Positions 27,049-36,893 of a DNA stretch of 53,186 nt are shown here, one piece after another. The DNA is from a candidate division WOR-3 bacterium. Its GTDB lineage: Bacteria; Hydrothermota; Tepidihabitantia; B3-TA06. The notes under the pieces are model-generated. The model was given only the letters and a program-made list of their open reading frames with translations, searched no databases and was not told the DNA's origin. Each line of letters begins with the position of its first letter. Positions within the stretch are counted from its first letter, which is position 1. The stretch spans positions 1-53,186 of the forward strand of contig CBFGKC010000016.1 of the NCBI GenBank assembly GCA_965649265.1. The letters are read 5' to 3'. Made by a program: the position numbers and the translations under genes.

Positions 27049-29766
27049 ATGAAAAAACGTTACGTAGCCTTATTTTTGGTGACGGCATTCGCGGTTTCGC
27101 TTTACGCCATGCCGCCCAAGCCCGGCCTTGAATATCTTTTCAAAAACGATTACAATGCCTTGTCGGTTCAAGGTCTCAATACCGTTAAAAGACCAGTCCG
27201 CATCCACGGGATGGAAGGAGTAGTAAACAATGCGGAGAACGGATACCAGCTTCTGATTGCCGGAACCGTTCATCCTGTGGTTGTCGCCATAGCGTTTCCG
27301 GATCAGGCAAACAGTTATTCGATCGCGGACTTTCAGAGCATGCTTTTCGGAACATGGTCATCGGGTTCGGCAACCGATTATTACGACGAGGTCTCCTTCG
27401 GAAATTTGAATCTTGCCGGAACCGTATCGGGCTGGCTTACCGCCGACAACAACCGCACCTACTACGGTTACTCCAGCGGTTTTCAGAGAGCCGCAGTGCT
27501 GGCCAAGGAAGCCGCACAGAAAGCGGATGCCACCGTGGATTTCTCACAGTTCGACGACAACGGTGACGGGTACGTTGATATGTTCACCGTAATTCACTCC
27601 GGATTCGGCAGGGAAGAGACAGGCGACGGTTCGGACATTCACTCGCACAGTTGGAGTTTTACGGATGCTGGCGTAGGCGTGTACACCACCAACGACCCGT
27701 GGCCCGGTCATACGGGTGAATACATAAAGATTGACGATTACACCATCGACCCCGAGCGCAGCAACGCAAGCAACAACGGAACGATGGTCTGCATAGGTGT
27801 TTTCTGCCACGAATGGGGTCATGCCCTGGGCCTTCCAGATCTTTACGATACCGACTACACAGGAAGCGGAGCCGGTGTCTGGTGCCTTATGGCATCCGGA
27901 TCGTGGGGAGGCGACAATTCCAGCCCCTGGAAACCGTCTCATCTGTGCGCATGGGCAAAGGCGGACCTGGGGTGGCTTACACCAACGGTCGTTGGAATAA
28001 ACGGTACGGATACAGTCAAGGCCGCAGAGACAAACGCACTGGCCTATAAGCTCTGGACCGACGGGAATCCGACAAACGAGTATTTTCTCATAGAAAACAG
28101 GCAGAAGACGAATTTTGACGCCACACTCTATGGATCCGGACTGTTGATATGGCACATTGATGAAAACATCATCAGCGTCACCAGACCGATGAACAAGGTA
28201 AACGACGGATCAATCTACGGAGTCGCCGTCGAACAGGCTGACGGCCTTGACCAGCTTCTTTCGGGAGCAAACAGGGGCGACGCGGCCGATCCATTCCCCG
28301 GAACGACTAATAACCAGGCGTTCGACTCCTCGGGTACTACACCTAATTCTGCTTCGAATGCGGGTGATAACACCCACTGCGGAATCAATCAGATACCCGC
28401 ATCATCCGCTTCCATGGTTGCCAATTTTTATATGAACGGTTCTGCACTGGTCGTCCCCGTTGCCGATTTCTCAGGCACGCCTACGTCGGGTGCCGCTCCT
28501 TTGAACGTGACCTTTACCGATCTTTCCACGGGAATCCCAACATCGTGGTCGTGGGATTTTGGCGACGGCATAACCTCGACGTCCCAGAACCCCGCCCACG
28601 CATACACCACCGACGGTCAGTACACCGTGACGCTCATAGTTTCAAATGCAGACGGCTCGGATACGGCGACCAAAAGCAACTACATCACCGTCGGTTCCGG
28701 GACCGTTCCGGTGGCTAATTTCTCAGGAACCCCCACATCCGGAAATGCGCCCCTTGACGTAACCTTTACCGATCAGTCGACAGGCAGCCCGACAGGATGG
28801 CTCTGGAGCTTCGGCGACGGCGCAACTTCAACGACCCAGAACCCCGTTCATTCCTATACGACGACAGGTACTTTCGACGTGCAGCTCATCGCCGTCAATG
28901 CGAACGGCTCCGATACGCTAACGAGAACCGGTTATATAAACGTCGGTACCGCGCCACAACCGCCGGTAGCCGCATTCTCGGGTACCCCCACCTCGGGCAC
29001 GGCTCCTTTGAGTGTCACGTTTACCGACCAGTCGTCGAACTCCCCCACAACCTGGGCATGGGACTTTGGAGACTCTCAGACCGCGGCAACCCAGAACCCC
29101 GTTCACGTTTACAACACTGCTGGAACCTATACCGTCACGCTCATTGTTTCTAATACAGCGGGCACTGACACGGCCACCCAAACGAACTACATAACGGTAA
29201 CGGGAGCCGCCACGCCGCCGACCGCTGCCTTCACGGCTACACCCCAGGGGGGATATGTGCCTCTTTCACACCGGCTTCAGGTGATCTTTACCGACCAGTC
29301 TACAGGAACACCCGCGGTCAGCGGATGGCTCTGGAACTTCGGCGACGGCGACACATCGGTGGTACAGAATCCTGCACACGTGTACACGACCGCCGGAACT
29401 TTTATCGTCAGTTTGATTGCGTCCAACGGCACCGGGACAGGGACCTCGGATACGGCATGGGACACACTGATAGTAGCCGTGCTTCCCAGCCAGTTCTTTA
29501 CTTCACCCGTATTGGCCAGTTCGTCCGGGGAAAAGGTCGTTCTTGAATACGGACTTCCTGTACAGACGAATGTCCGGCTCGACATTTATGGTATCAACGG
29601 CCAGCTCGTAAGGCGTATCCTCTCCGGTGAAATTCCTGCCGGAGAATACACCGAGTCATGGGATCTTCGCGACGAGAACGGCTTGCGTGTTAAGGCCGGC
29701 GTCTACTTCCTGGAGCTTATGGCTCCCGAGGGACGCGCTTCTTCTAAAATCGTCTTAACCAGATAA
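27049..29766 (+). CDS. Secreted M6 (immune inhibitor A) metalloprotease with 4 PKD domains and FlgD/T9SS-type C-terminal domain
   Basis: Signal peptide from ATG 27049 (AGGAG SD); HEWGHALGLPDLY, LMASGSW, EYFLIENRQ; four W.W.FGD PKD repeats; IYGINGQLVR...WD.RDENG...GVYF. Confidence 0.95.
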   Translation: MKKRYVALFLVTAFAVSLYAMPPKPGLEYLFKNDYNALSVQGLNTVKRPVRIHGMEGVVNNAENGYQLLIAGTVHPVVVAIAFPDQANSYSIADFQSMLFGTWSSGSATDYYDEVSFGNLNLAGTVSGWLTADNNRTYYGYSSGFQRAAVLAKEAAQKADATVDFSQFDDNGDGYVDMFTVIHSGFGREETGDGSDIHSHSWSFTDAGVGVYTTNDPWPGHTGEYIKIDDYTIDPERSNASNNGTMVCIGVFCHEWGHALGLPDLYDTDYTGSGAGVWCLMASGSWGGDNSSPWKPSHLCAWAKADLGWLTPTVVGINGTDTVKAAETNALAYKLWTDGNPTNEYFLIENRQKTNFDATLYGSGLLIWHIDENIISVTRPMNKVNDGSIYGVAVEQADGLDQLLSGANRGDAADPFPGTTNNQAFDSSGTTPNSASNAGDNTHCGINQIPASSASMVANFYMNGSALVVPVADFSGTPTSGAAPLNVTFTDLSTGIPTSWSWDFGDGITSTSQNPAHAYTTDGQYTVTLIVSNADGSDTATKSNYITVGSGTVPVANFSGTPTSGNAPLDVTFTDQSTGSPTGWLWSFGDGATSTTQNPVHSYTTTGTFDVQLIAVNANGSDTLTRTGYINVGTAPQPPVAAFSGTPTSGTAPLSVTFTDQSSNSPTTWAWDFGDSQTAATQNPVHVYNTAGTYTVTLIVSNTAGTDTATQTNYITVTGAATPPTAAFTATPQGGYVPLSHRLQVIFTDQSTGTPAVSGWLWNFGDGDTSVVQNPAHVYTTAGTFIVSLIASNGTGTGTSDTAWDTLIVAVLPSQFFTSPVLASSSGEKVVLEYGLPVQTNVRLDIYGINGQLVRRILSGEIPAGEYTESWDLRDENGLRVKAGVYFLELMAPEGRASSKIVLTR

Positions 29767-29776
29767 GGAGGAATAG

Positions 29777-30538
29777 ATGAAACGCGCTTCGCTTATAGTA
29801 ATTGCGACCCTTTTTGCGGCAACTTTCTTCCTCGCCGGATGCCGTGAGCGCACCATCTATACCGGCGGTGCCGACTGGCTGCTTCTGGCGACGGATGCCG
29901 ACGACGGCGGCGTGTCCTACAATGCGGATTCCTTTTACGTGGACGCCGATTTTACCGATGCGGTTCTCGTGTTCAAGATGGTTACTTATGCCGCAATTCC
30001 GAACGTCCAGGACAGCATCCTGATGGCCGTGTATTTTGACACTGACAGAAACGTAGCGACCGGGCTTTCTGTAGCCAATACGAGTTATGATGTCGGCGCA
30101 AAACCCACGACTATTGGTGCCGATTACATGATGTTCGTGGGCTCTGAAATAACAGATGCCGGAAAAATATACACGAACCGAATCTTCAGTTGGAATTCCA
30201 CCGACAACATCTGGGATACGCTCGCGGTGACCGCTACCAACCTTTACCAACCCGCAGGAGCTTCGGATTCAGTCATCGGCGGAGTGGACATTGCCACCCT
30301 GGGAAATCCCACGGCGGTGGACGTCGAAGCGATATTCTACTGCGCGCTGGCAAATACCGGCGCCGAGTACCGTGACCATGTTCCCAATACAGGTCACGCC
30401 ACTATAGATTTAGCGGCAGACAGCGTAATCCAGGCTTCGCCTTCCCTGCTTCTGGCAGGTCCGGCTGAAGAAAGCCGCGAAAAAAGGCACGTTTCTTTGA
30501 TAACCGGGAAGGCAGTTGATCTAGTGGAGGTCAAATGA
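29777..30538 (+). CDS. Hypothetical lipoprotein
   Basis: Lipobox FLAGC; YFDTDRN.ATG...GADY motif; AAGGAGG SD. Confidence 0.85.
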   Translation: MKRASLIVIATLFAATFFLAGCRERTIYTGGADWLLLATDADDGGVSYNADSFYVDADFTDAVLVFKMVTYAAIPNVQDSILMAVYFDTDRNVATGLSVANTSYDVGAKPTTIGADYMMFVGSEITDAGKIYTNRIFSWNSTDNIWDTLAVTATNLYQPAGASDSVIGGVDIATLGNPTAVDVEAIFYCALANTGAEYRDHVPNTGHATIDLAADSVIQASPSLLLAGPAEESREKRHVSLITGKAVDLVEVK

Positions 30539-32400
30539 AAAAACTACTTGGGCTTCTTCTCCTAACAGCAACGGCAGGCCTTGCCCTGCCCACGTTCTAT
30601 GGAACAAAGGGAACCAATTTCGTCTCCTCGGCTCGATGCGAGGACATGGGGTTCCTCTGGTTCAACATCGCCCCTGAAGCATACACCGAACACGTTATTT
30701 TCCGCGATTCGGGCGGACCGATCACGGCGGAGTACGACAACTACGCGTTAATTCCGGCGATTTCGCTCGGATTCACTCCCTGGCACTATCTCGAATTCTC
30801 GGTATACGGAACGGGTTATTTTTACTACAACGTTGATGTCGGTGCGACCGCATTCGGTCTGTCGGATGTCGGCGGACACGTCAAGGGCAGCATCCCGTTC
30901 ACAAAACTCGACGCTCCTCTTGTTATGGCTCTCGGAATCGACGGGTTCTTTCTCATGTCTCTGCCGTTCCAGTTCGACGCGGCCTCTGATCAGAACATAA
31001 GCCAGTATCTGGGTTACTATCCTTTCAACCAGTCCGGACCCGAGTTCGGTGGAAAACTTCTTTACTCGATGGAATCAAAGTACATCTCGGGTCATGTGAA
31101 TGCCGGCTACTGGTACAGAAGCTTGCATACGATAGACACGGCAAACGTGCAATACCCTCAGACAATTGTCGCAGGTATCGGTCTCGAATCGAACCCCTTC
31201 ACCTGGCTCAATCCCTTCCTCGATTTCAACCTGAACTACGGGCTTTCAATGCTTAACCCGCCGGCCGCACTCCAGGGCATATCCACGCATGCGAGCCTCG
31301 GCATAAGATTCCCGATAATGATGGGCAAGAGAAAGGGTTTCGGCCTCCTGTTCACGGTAGCGGGCGGGGCAGATCCCCTAAACTTCGGTTCCACCCTCTC
31401 CCTCTATGCAGGAATCGGCATCGGTGGAGATCTTATCCAGCCAAGGGAGAAGTTCCTCGAGGGAACGGTGGTCGATGCAGAAACCGGCAAGCCCATTCAG
31501 GGCGCGCAGGTCGTTTTTTCAGGCCCTGACAGGGATTCCTCGATTGTCCTCGCGACGGACAGCCTCGGCCACTTTAAGGTAAGCGAGAAGCAGATTTTGA
31601 AATCGGATTCCCTGTACGTCTCGGCTGAGAACTACAATCCCGAGGCCGTGGTCCCGGACGAATTGCAGATAGTTCTCACGAGCAAGGAGAATATTCCCCT
31701 CGAGATGGAGCTCAACAAGATAAAGGAATCATGGCTTGCAGGCATAGTATCGGACGCTGCCACATCCGAACCACTCAAGGCCGTTATCCGTTTCGACGAG
31801 ATAGATTCGGGAACGGTTCTCACGCCGGTGGTCTCCGATCCTGTCACCGGATATTTCAGGCTGAATATCAAGCCAGGCGCTTACAGGATGAAGACCTCCG
31901 CCCAGGGTTACACCGATGATTTACGCACGATAACCATTCGCGTCGGTCAGGATACGATTGTAGACGTATTCCTTAACCCGATCATCGTGGAAAAACCTGC
32001 ACCAGTGAAGCTTGACGCCATAACCGTGACGGGATTTGGCAAAGGCGAAACCAATATCGGTATCGTCCAGATGGTCAAGCTCGAGAAAGTTGTAGATATA
32101 TTGAAGGCAAATCCTGACGCGACGGTGGTAATTGTCGGTCATACCGACAGCATCGGCCCGGACCAGGGCAATGTCACCGTCGGCATGAAACGCGCAAGCT
32201 CGGCGGCCGAATTTCTCATCATGAGAGGAATAGACGCGAGAAGGATAGAAGTGATGAGCGCCGGTGAACGCCAGCCTGTCGGAGACAACCGCTACACTAG
32301 CGGTCGCGAAGCCAACAGGCGAGTAGTGCTTATCTTCTCTAATGGCGAATCTGAGCCGGGCGGCCAGGACGGCGGCCTTAGACCTCCGACGGCAAAATAA
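30535..32400 (+). CDS. OmpA-family outer-membrane protein (N-terminal beta-barrel-like region, two carboxypeptidase-regulatory-like domains, OmpA_C)
   Basis: Signal peptide; GTVVDAETGKPI and GIVSDAATSEPL; GHTDSIG...N...RA...ANRRV. Confidence 0.9.
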   Translation: MKKLLGLLLLTATAGLALPTFYGTKGTNFVSSARCEDMGFLWFNIAPEAYTEHVIFRDSGGPITAEYDNYALIPAISLGFTPWHYLEFSVYGTGYFYYNVDVGATAFGLSDVGGHVKGSIPFTKLDAPLVMALGIDGFFLMSLPFQFDAASDQNISQYLGYYPFNQSGPEFGGKLLYSMESKYISGHVNAGYWYRSLHTIDTANVQYPQTIVAGIGLESNPFTWLNPFLDFNLNYGLSMLNPPAALQGISTHASLGIRFPIMMGKRKGFGLLFTVAGGADPLNFGSTLSLYAGIGIGGDLIQPREKFLEGTVVDAETGKPIQGAQVVFSGPDRDSSIVLATDSLGHFKVSEKQILKSDSLYVSAENYNPEAVVPDELQIVLTSKENIPLEMELNKIKESWLAGIVSDAATSEPLKAVIRFDEIDSGTVLTPVVSDPVTGYFRLNIKPGAYRMKTSAQGYTDDLRTITIRVGQDTIVDVFLNPIIVEKPAPVKLDAITVTGFGKGETNIGIVQMVKLEKVVDILKANPDATVVIVGHTDSIGPDQGNVTVGMKRASSAAEFLIMRGIDARRIEVMSAGERQPVGDNRYTSGREANRRVVLIFSNGESEPGGQDGGLRPPTAK

Positions 32401-32421
32401 GAAGTAGTCTGTAAATTTCTG

Positions 32422-32454
32422 AAGAAGCGCGGCCGGAGCCGCGCTTCTTTGTTT
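32422..32454 (+). terminator. Intrinsic terminator
   Basis: AAGAAGCGCGGC-cgga-GCCGCGCTTCTT followed by GTTTT. Confidence 0.8.
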
Positions 32455-32565
32455 TGCAGGATTTATTCCAGTCTAGACCGGGCATTCTCGAGAAAGTATC
32501 AAAAGACCGCATAACCCACACCATAAAAGAGTTGACACTAAAGACAGTATCCCTTATACTTCCGT

Positions 32566-33135
32566 GTGACAGCAAATGAAGGTCCTCAAGAGGAGGCTCT
32601 CGATCGCGGTGAGTTCTATCCAAAGGTTAAAAGTTGGGTCGTACAGGGATTCGGACAGGAAGTCTACAAAAAGTATGCACTTACCCTGCCGCCACGTATA
32701 GTCGAAAGATTCGAAAGTGCCGACCAGGCGGCCTGGTTTCCGGTTGAGGATTCAAGGCTCGTTTACGAAAGCATCGTTTCTTTTTTCGGGGACGAGCAGC
32801 TTGAAAACTTCGTCAAGTTCTACGTTAATCTCGCAATCAGCGGATTCCTGAGAGGTCTCGTTATTTTTTTAAGACCTCTTGATCTTGCAAAGCGTGCGCT
32901 GGCCTTGTGGAAACGCTTTCACACCACTGGAAGGCCCGAGATCGAGATTGTCTCCAAGAATCACGGCGTCATCACCCTTCACGACTGGAACTATAGTCCC
33001 ATTCACTGCAGAGTACATAACTACTGGTTTAAGGAACTTGTAAGGATAGCCGGCGGAAAGGATATAAATGTCGCGGAGACTCACTGCGTGCACAGTGGCG
33101 ATTCTTTCTGTCGCTGGGAGGTGACATTTGGCTGA
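32566..33135 (+). CDS. V4R/H-NOX-like ligand-binding protein, paralog 1
   Basis: W(F/Y)P, LA.R...W.R.H..G, HC, C-terminal CVHSGDSFCRWEV. Confidence 0.75.
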   Translation: MTANEGPQEEALDRGEFYPKVKSWVVQGFGQEVYKKYALTLPPRIVERFESADQAAWFPVEDSRLVYESIVSFFGDEQLENFVKFYVNLAISGFLRGLVIFLRPLDLAKRALALWKRFHTTGRPEIEIVSKNHGVITLHDWNYSPIHCRVHNYWFKELVRIAGGKDINVAETHCVHSGDSFCRWEVTFG

Positions 33136-33688
33136 AAAGCTGGAACCAGGCTGTGGAAGAGGAGTTTTTATAGTATTGTTCAGGGAATGGATAATCGAGA
33201 ACAAGGGGATGGATTTTTACATCGATTTCAAGACATCTCTGCCGGATGACCTTGCGGACCTCCTGGAGAATGCCGACAGGGCGTCGTGGTATCCTGCAAA
33301 AAAAGCCTTCGCCCTTCACGAGCATCTCGGCAAAAGACTCGGTAAGAATATCAGCGAGGAGATTGTCAAGGCGAACATAAAGAAAAGCATATCCGGCTTC
33401 CTGAGGGGGCTCGCGTCTTTTGTTTCACCGATAACGCTCGCGAAGCGCGCGCCCTCGTTCTGGAGCAGGATGTACTCATCAGGCAGGGCACAGACGAATC
33501 AGATTTCCCGCACCGAATTCAACGTAACGATATACGACTGGAAGGAAGTGGAGTTCGGATGCCGCATCATCGAGATATGGCTCGAGGAGATGATAAAACT
33601 GTCGGGCGTAAAAAGATACACGCTCGAGAAGGTAAGCTGCGTGTACAAAGACGACGAATTCTGCCGCTGGAACATAAAACTGGGCTAG
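33128..33688 (+). CDS. V4R/H-NOX-like ligand-binding protein, paralog 2
   Basis: SWYP, ISGFLRGL, LAKRAPSFWSR..SSG, GC, CVYKDDEFCRW; overlaps paralog 1. Confidence 0.75.
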   Translation: MAEKLEPGCGRGVFIVLFREWIIENKGMDFYIDFKTSLPDDLADLLENADRASWYPAKKAFALHEHLGKRLGKNISEEIVKANIKKSISGFLRGLASFVSPITLAKRAPSFWSRMYSSGRAQTNQISRTEFNVTIYDWKEVEFGCRIIEIWLEEMIKLSGVKRYTLEKVSCVYKDDEFCRWNIKLG

Positions 33689-33837
33689 TCAGACCATAAC
33701 ATGTAGCTGCGTTTGGATCCGGAAGGTTGTGGGTACGTCGGTTCACAAGGGAGACGGAGAACCGGTGCAGAGAGGGATTTATGTATGTGAGTTTGCAATT
33801 CCCTTGACAGATTGAATTTCGTTTATAGACTCCATCC

Positions 33838-34446
33838 ATGAACAATTCTGAGGCAGAGCTATCGGGCTATAAAGTCCGTGGATTACTTTTCGGGGCCGTC
33901 TACGGCTGGTTCAAGGAGACGTACGACAAGGATCGTTTTGACGATTTTACGAAGAACCTCCCCCCCGGGCTAAAGAAGCAAATCGTGAGTCTTGAAGAGG
34001 GCAAGTACAATCCCTCCGAAATGAAGGAATGGTATCCTTGCGAAGAGGTCTATCCACTCTACGAGTACCTGGTTGATTATCTGAACAAGGAGATGAACGA
34101 GAAGCAGGTGATCGACGCAGTGGTCGGTTTCATGTTCAAGCAAAGCATAACAGGATTCATGAAGGGTCTCATGTCCTTCCTGACCCCGGCAACCCTCATA
34201 AGGCGTTCCTCGACGTTCTGGAGACGCGTGCACTCATCGGGCGAGGTGACCATTAAAGAGAGGAGCAAAACGAGCCTGGAGATAACGCTTTCGGACTGGA
34301 AGGTCCACCGGATAAGCTGCGAGATATTCGAGAGCTGGACAAAACGCCTGCTGACACTGACCGGAAGAACCGTTTCCGCCATGACTAAGACCCGCTGCGC
34401 CCTTGAGGGCGACGAGGCCTGCTCCTGGGAAGTCACCTTGTCATGA
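33838..34446 (+). CDS. V4R/H-NOX-like ligand-binding protein, paralog 3
   Basis: KVRG, EWYP, ITGFMKGL, FWRRVHSSG, SC, CALEGDEACSWEV; leaderless promoter. Confidence 0.78.
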   Translation: MNNSEAELSGYKVRGLLFGAVYGWFKETYDKDRFDDFTKNLPPGLKKQIVSLEEGKYNPSEMKEWYPCEEVYPLYEYLVDYLNKEMNEKQVIDAVVGFMFKQSITGFMKGLMSFLTPATLIRRSSTFWRRVHSSGEVTIKERSKTSLEITLSDWKVHRISCEIFESWTKRLLTLTGRTVSAMTKTRCALEGDEACSWEVTLS

Positions 34447-34462
34447 GTCCGGGGATTAGCGG

Positions 34463-35110
34463 TTAATCCTTCAAAAAAGGATTGATGCGGAGTATGGTCG
34501 AGAAAAGCGCGCGGCCGCCGTGCCCGGACATCACGAGCGTTTCAGGCAGGAGAAGGGATTTCAGGATTTCCACGGACCGCATGATGAGGTCGGTATCGCC
34601 GCCCGATAGGTCGGTGCGGCCGATGGAATCGGCGAAGAGCGTGTCGCCCGTGAACGCCCAGCGCTTGTTTTTCTCGATGTAGCAGACGCTTCCGGGCGAG
34701 TGACCGGGCGTCGGCTGGACTATTAATTCGACATCACCGATCGCGATGACCTCTCCCCCCTTGAAAAGAATATCGGGTTCGACGGCTGAGGACGGGTACC
34801 CGAGAAACGCAAAAATCGAGGATGGATGAGTGAGAAGTCCCTTGTCGCTTTCGTGTACGGCGATTTTCCAGCCCGTCTTCTTTAGTTTTGGACACGCGCT
34901 CTTGTGATCGAAATGTCCGTGCGTGAGCAAAACAATGCGATTCTCGATATGATGGAGTGACCCGGCGCGAGCGATAAGCTCGTCCTCTGGATATCCGGGA
35001 TCGATGATAACGGCTGAGTCCTCCGAATAAAGAAGGTAGGAGTTGACCTCCAGGGGGCCAACGATGAAGCGCTCGAGGCTCGTGTTTTCGATGCCGGTAC
35101 TATGCTTCAC
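34463..35110 (-). CDS. MBL-fold metallo-hydrolase (glyoxalase II/YcbL-like)
   Basis: THGHFDH, TPGHSPG, FTGDTLF..SIGRTD, GHG; probable GTG start at 35110 overlapping the uvrC end (ORF track 35140). Confidence 0.92.
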   Translation of the reverse strand: MKHSTGIENTSLERFIVGPLEVNSYLLYSEDSAVIIDPGYPEDELIARAGSLHHIENRIVLLTHGHFDHKSACPKLKKTGWKIAVHESDKGLLTHPSSIFAFLGYPSSAVEPDILFKGGEVIAIGDVELIVQPTPGHSPGSVCYIEKNKRWAFTGDTLFADSIGRTDLSGGDTDLIMRSVEILKSLLLPETLVMSGHGGRALFSTILRINPFLKD

Positions 35111-36893
35111 GGTGGAAATGCCTGTAGATTTTTTCCGCAAGCCCCGGGCCGATTCCGGGCGCCTCGGCGAGTTCCTTCAGTGAGGCCTTGCGGATTCTAG
35201 GAACCGACCCGAAAAACTGGACGAGGGAGCGCGCTTTTTTTGCCCCGACACCGGAAATGAGGTCGAGTTCGGAGGAAGTGGAGGCTTTTTTTCTGAGCTT
35301 GCGGTGATACTCTACCGCAAAACGATGCGATTCGTTGCGTATGCGAACGAGGAGTTTGAGCACCGGGTCGCTTGCAGGGATTACCACTTCCTTTCCGTCC
35401 CTTGCGAAAAGGTGATCGTGGGTTTTTGCGAAGGCGAATACCGGAAGGTCCACGTTTATGTAACCGAGATACTCGCGCACGACCGACATCTGGCTCTTTC
35501 CGCCGTCTAGAATGAGGAGATCCGGGAGGCTCTTTCCTTCCTTCTCCAGACGCGCGATGCGGCGAGCGACGACCTCAGTCATCATCAATGGGTCGTTTGA
35601 ACCCTTTACCGTCTTGATCTTGAACTTTCGGTAGAGCGATTTGGCAGGCTTCGAGTTCTTGAAGACGACTATGGAGCCCGTCGGGTTGGTGCCCTGGATG
35701 TTGGAGATATCTATCATCTCTATATGGAGGGGGAGGGCCGGGAGATGGAGATACTCCCCGAGCTTTTCGAGGAGGGGGTCCGTCCGCGGCGTCTGGCTGT
35801 CCTGCATTAGCGCGAGCTTGGCGTTCTCGGCGGCTATATCCAAAAGATGACGTTTCTCGTCACGCACGTTCTCGGAGAGCTTGACCTTCTTCGAGCGGTA
35901 CGTGCCGAACCATTCGACGAAAACGTCAGGGTCTTCGGGAAGCAGGGGAAGAACGATCTCGTCCGGCACGTCGTATGTATGTGTGTAGATTAAGCGAAGA
36001 ACCGTATGAATCAGCTCCTGGTCCGAGGTGTGCGCAGGAACTGTGAGCATGAAGGTTTCGCTTGCGTAAAGCCTGCGTTCGCGGAGCTTGAGGAGTACGG
36101 CGGCCGCGCGCGATGCCCGGCGCGCGGTGACCACGAAATCGCGCGGCGTCGGGTCCATCGACGCCTCCTTTGAATGGTAGCGCACCTCGCGAATGGCCAG
36201 AAGCTGATCGCGCAGGTACGCGGCCATCTCGAACTGCTCCGATTCGGAAGCCTTCCACATTTGCTGCTCGGTCTCCTGCTCGAGCTGTTCCGAGCGACCC
36301 ATGAGAAAGTCGATGAGACCCTTTAGCTGCTTCTGGTAGGCATCCTGGGAGAATCCCTCCCGGCAGGGCGCCGAGCAGAGCTTGAGCTGGAAGAGAAGGC
36401 AGGGACGCGCGGGCCGGTCGCCGGGCAGGTCATACTCACAGGTGCGAATCTGGAAGATGCGCTTCACCGCGTCGAGCGTGCGGCGCAGGTTTTTAACGGA
36501 GGAGTAAGGCCCGAAAAGGAGGTTGCCGTCGCGGCGCTCGTTGCGGGTCACGTAGATTCTGGGAAAAGTTTCCTTGATAGTAACCTTGAGATACGGGTAC
36601 TTCTTGTCATCGCGGTAGCGGATGTTGTATGGGGGTCTGGAGAGCTTGATAAGATTCTCTTCAAAGATGAGGGCCTCGGCCTCGGTCGTGGTGAGCGTGA
36701 TCTCGACAGTTGAAGCTTTTTCGATGAAGGCACGCGTCTTGGGTTCGGTGGGAGAAAGATAGGAGTGCAGCCGGTTGAAGAGATCGGACGCCTTGCCCAC
36801 GTAGAGGATGCGGTTCTTGGCGTCCTTGAAGACGTAAACCCCGGGCTTGTGGGGCGCCGCCTTGATTGTTTCGCGAACCTGGGTGGCTATCAC
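35100..36893 (-). CDS. uvrC: Excinuclease ABC subunit C
   Basis: GIY-YIG PGVY...LYVGKA, DDKKYPY, Cys cluster, UVR domain, DISNIQG, DGGKSQ, HRFA and HhH. Confidence 0.97.
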   Translation of the reverse strand: MIATQVRETIKAAPHKPGVYVFKDAKNRILYVGKASDLFNRLHSYLSPTEPKTRAFIEKASTVEITLTTTEAEALIFEENLIKLSRPPYNIRYRDDKKYPYLKVTIKETFPRIYVTRNERRDGNLLFGPYSSVKNLRRTLDAVKRIFQIRTCEYDLPGDRPARPCLLFQLKLCSAPCREGFSQDAYQKQLKGLIDFLMGRSEQLEQETEQQMWKASESEQFEMAAYLRDQLLAIREVRYHSKEASMDPTPRDFVVTARRASRAAAVLLKLRERRLYASETFMLTVPAHTSDQELIHTVLRLIYTHTYDVPDEIVLPLLPEDPDVFVEWFGTYRSKKVKLSENVRDEKRHLLDIAAENAKLALMQDSQTPRTDPLLEKLGEYLHLPALPLHIEMIDISNIQGTNPTGSIVVFKNSKPAKSLYRKFKIKTVKGSNDPLMMTEVVARRIARLEKEGKSLPDLLILDGGKSQMSVVREYLGYINVDLPVFAFAKTHDHLFARDGKEVVIPASDPVLKLLVRIRNESHRFAVEYHRKLRKKASTSSELDLISGVGAKKARSLVQFFGSVPRIRKASLKELAEAPGIGPGLAEKIYRHFHREA

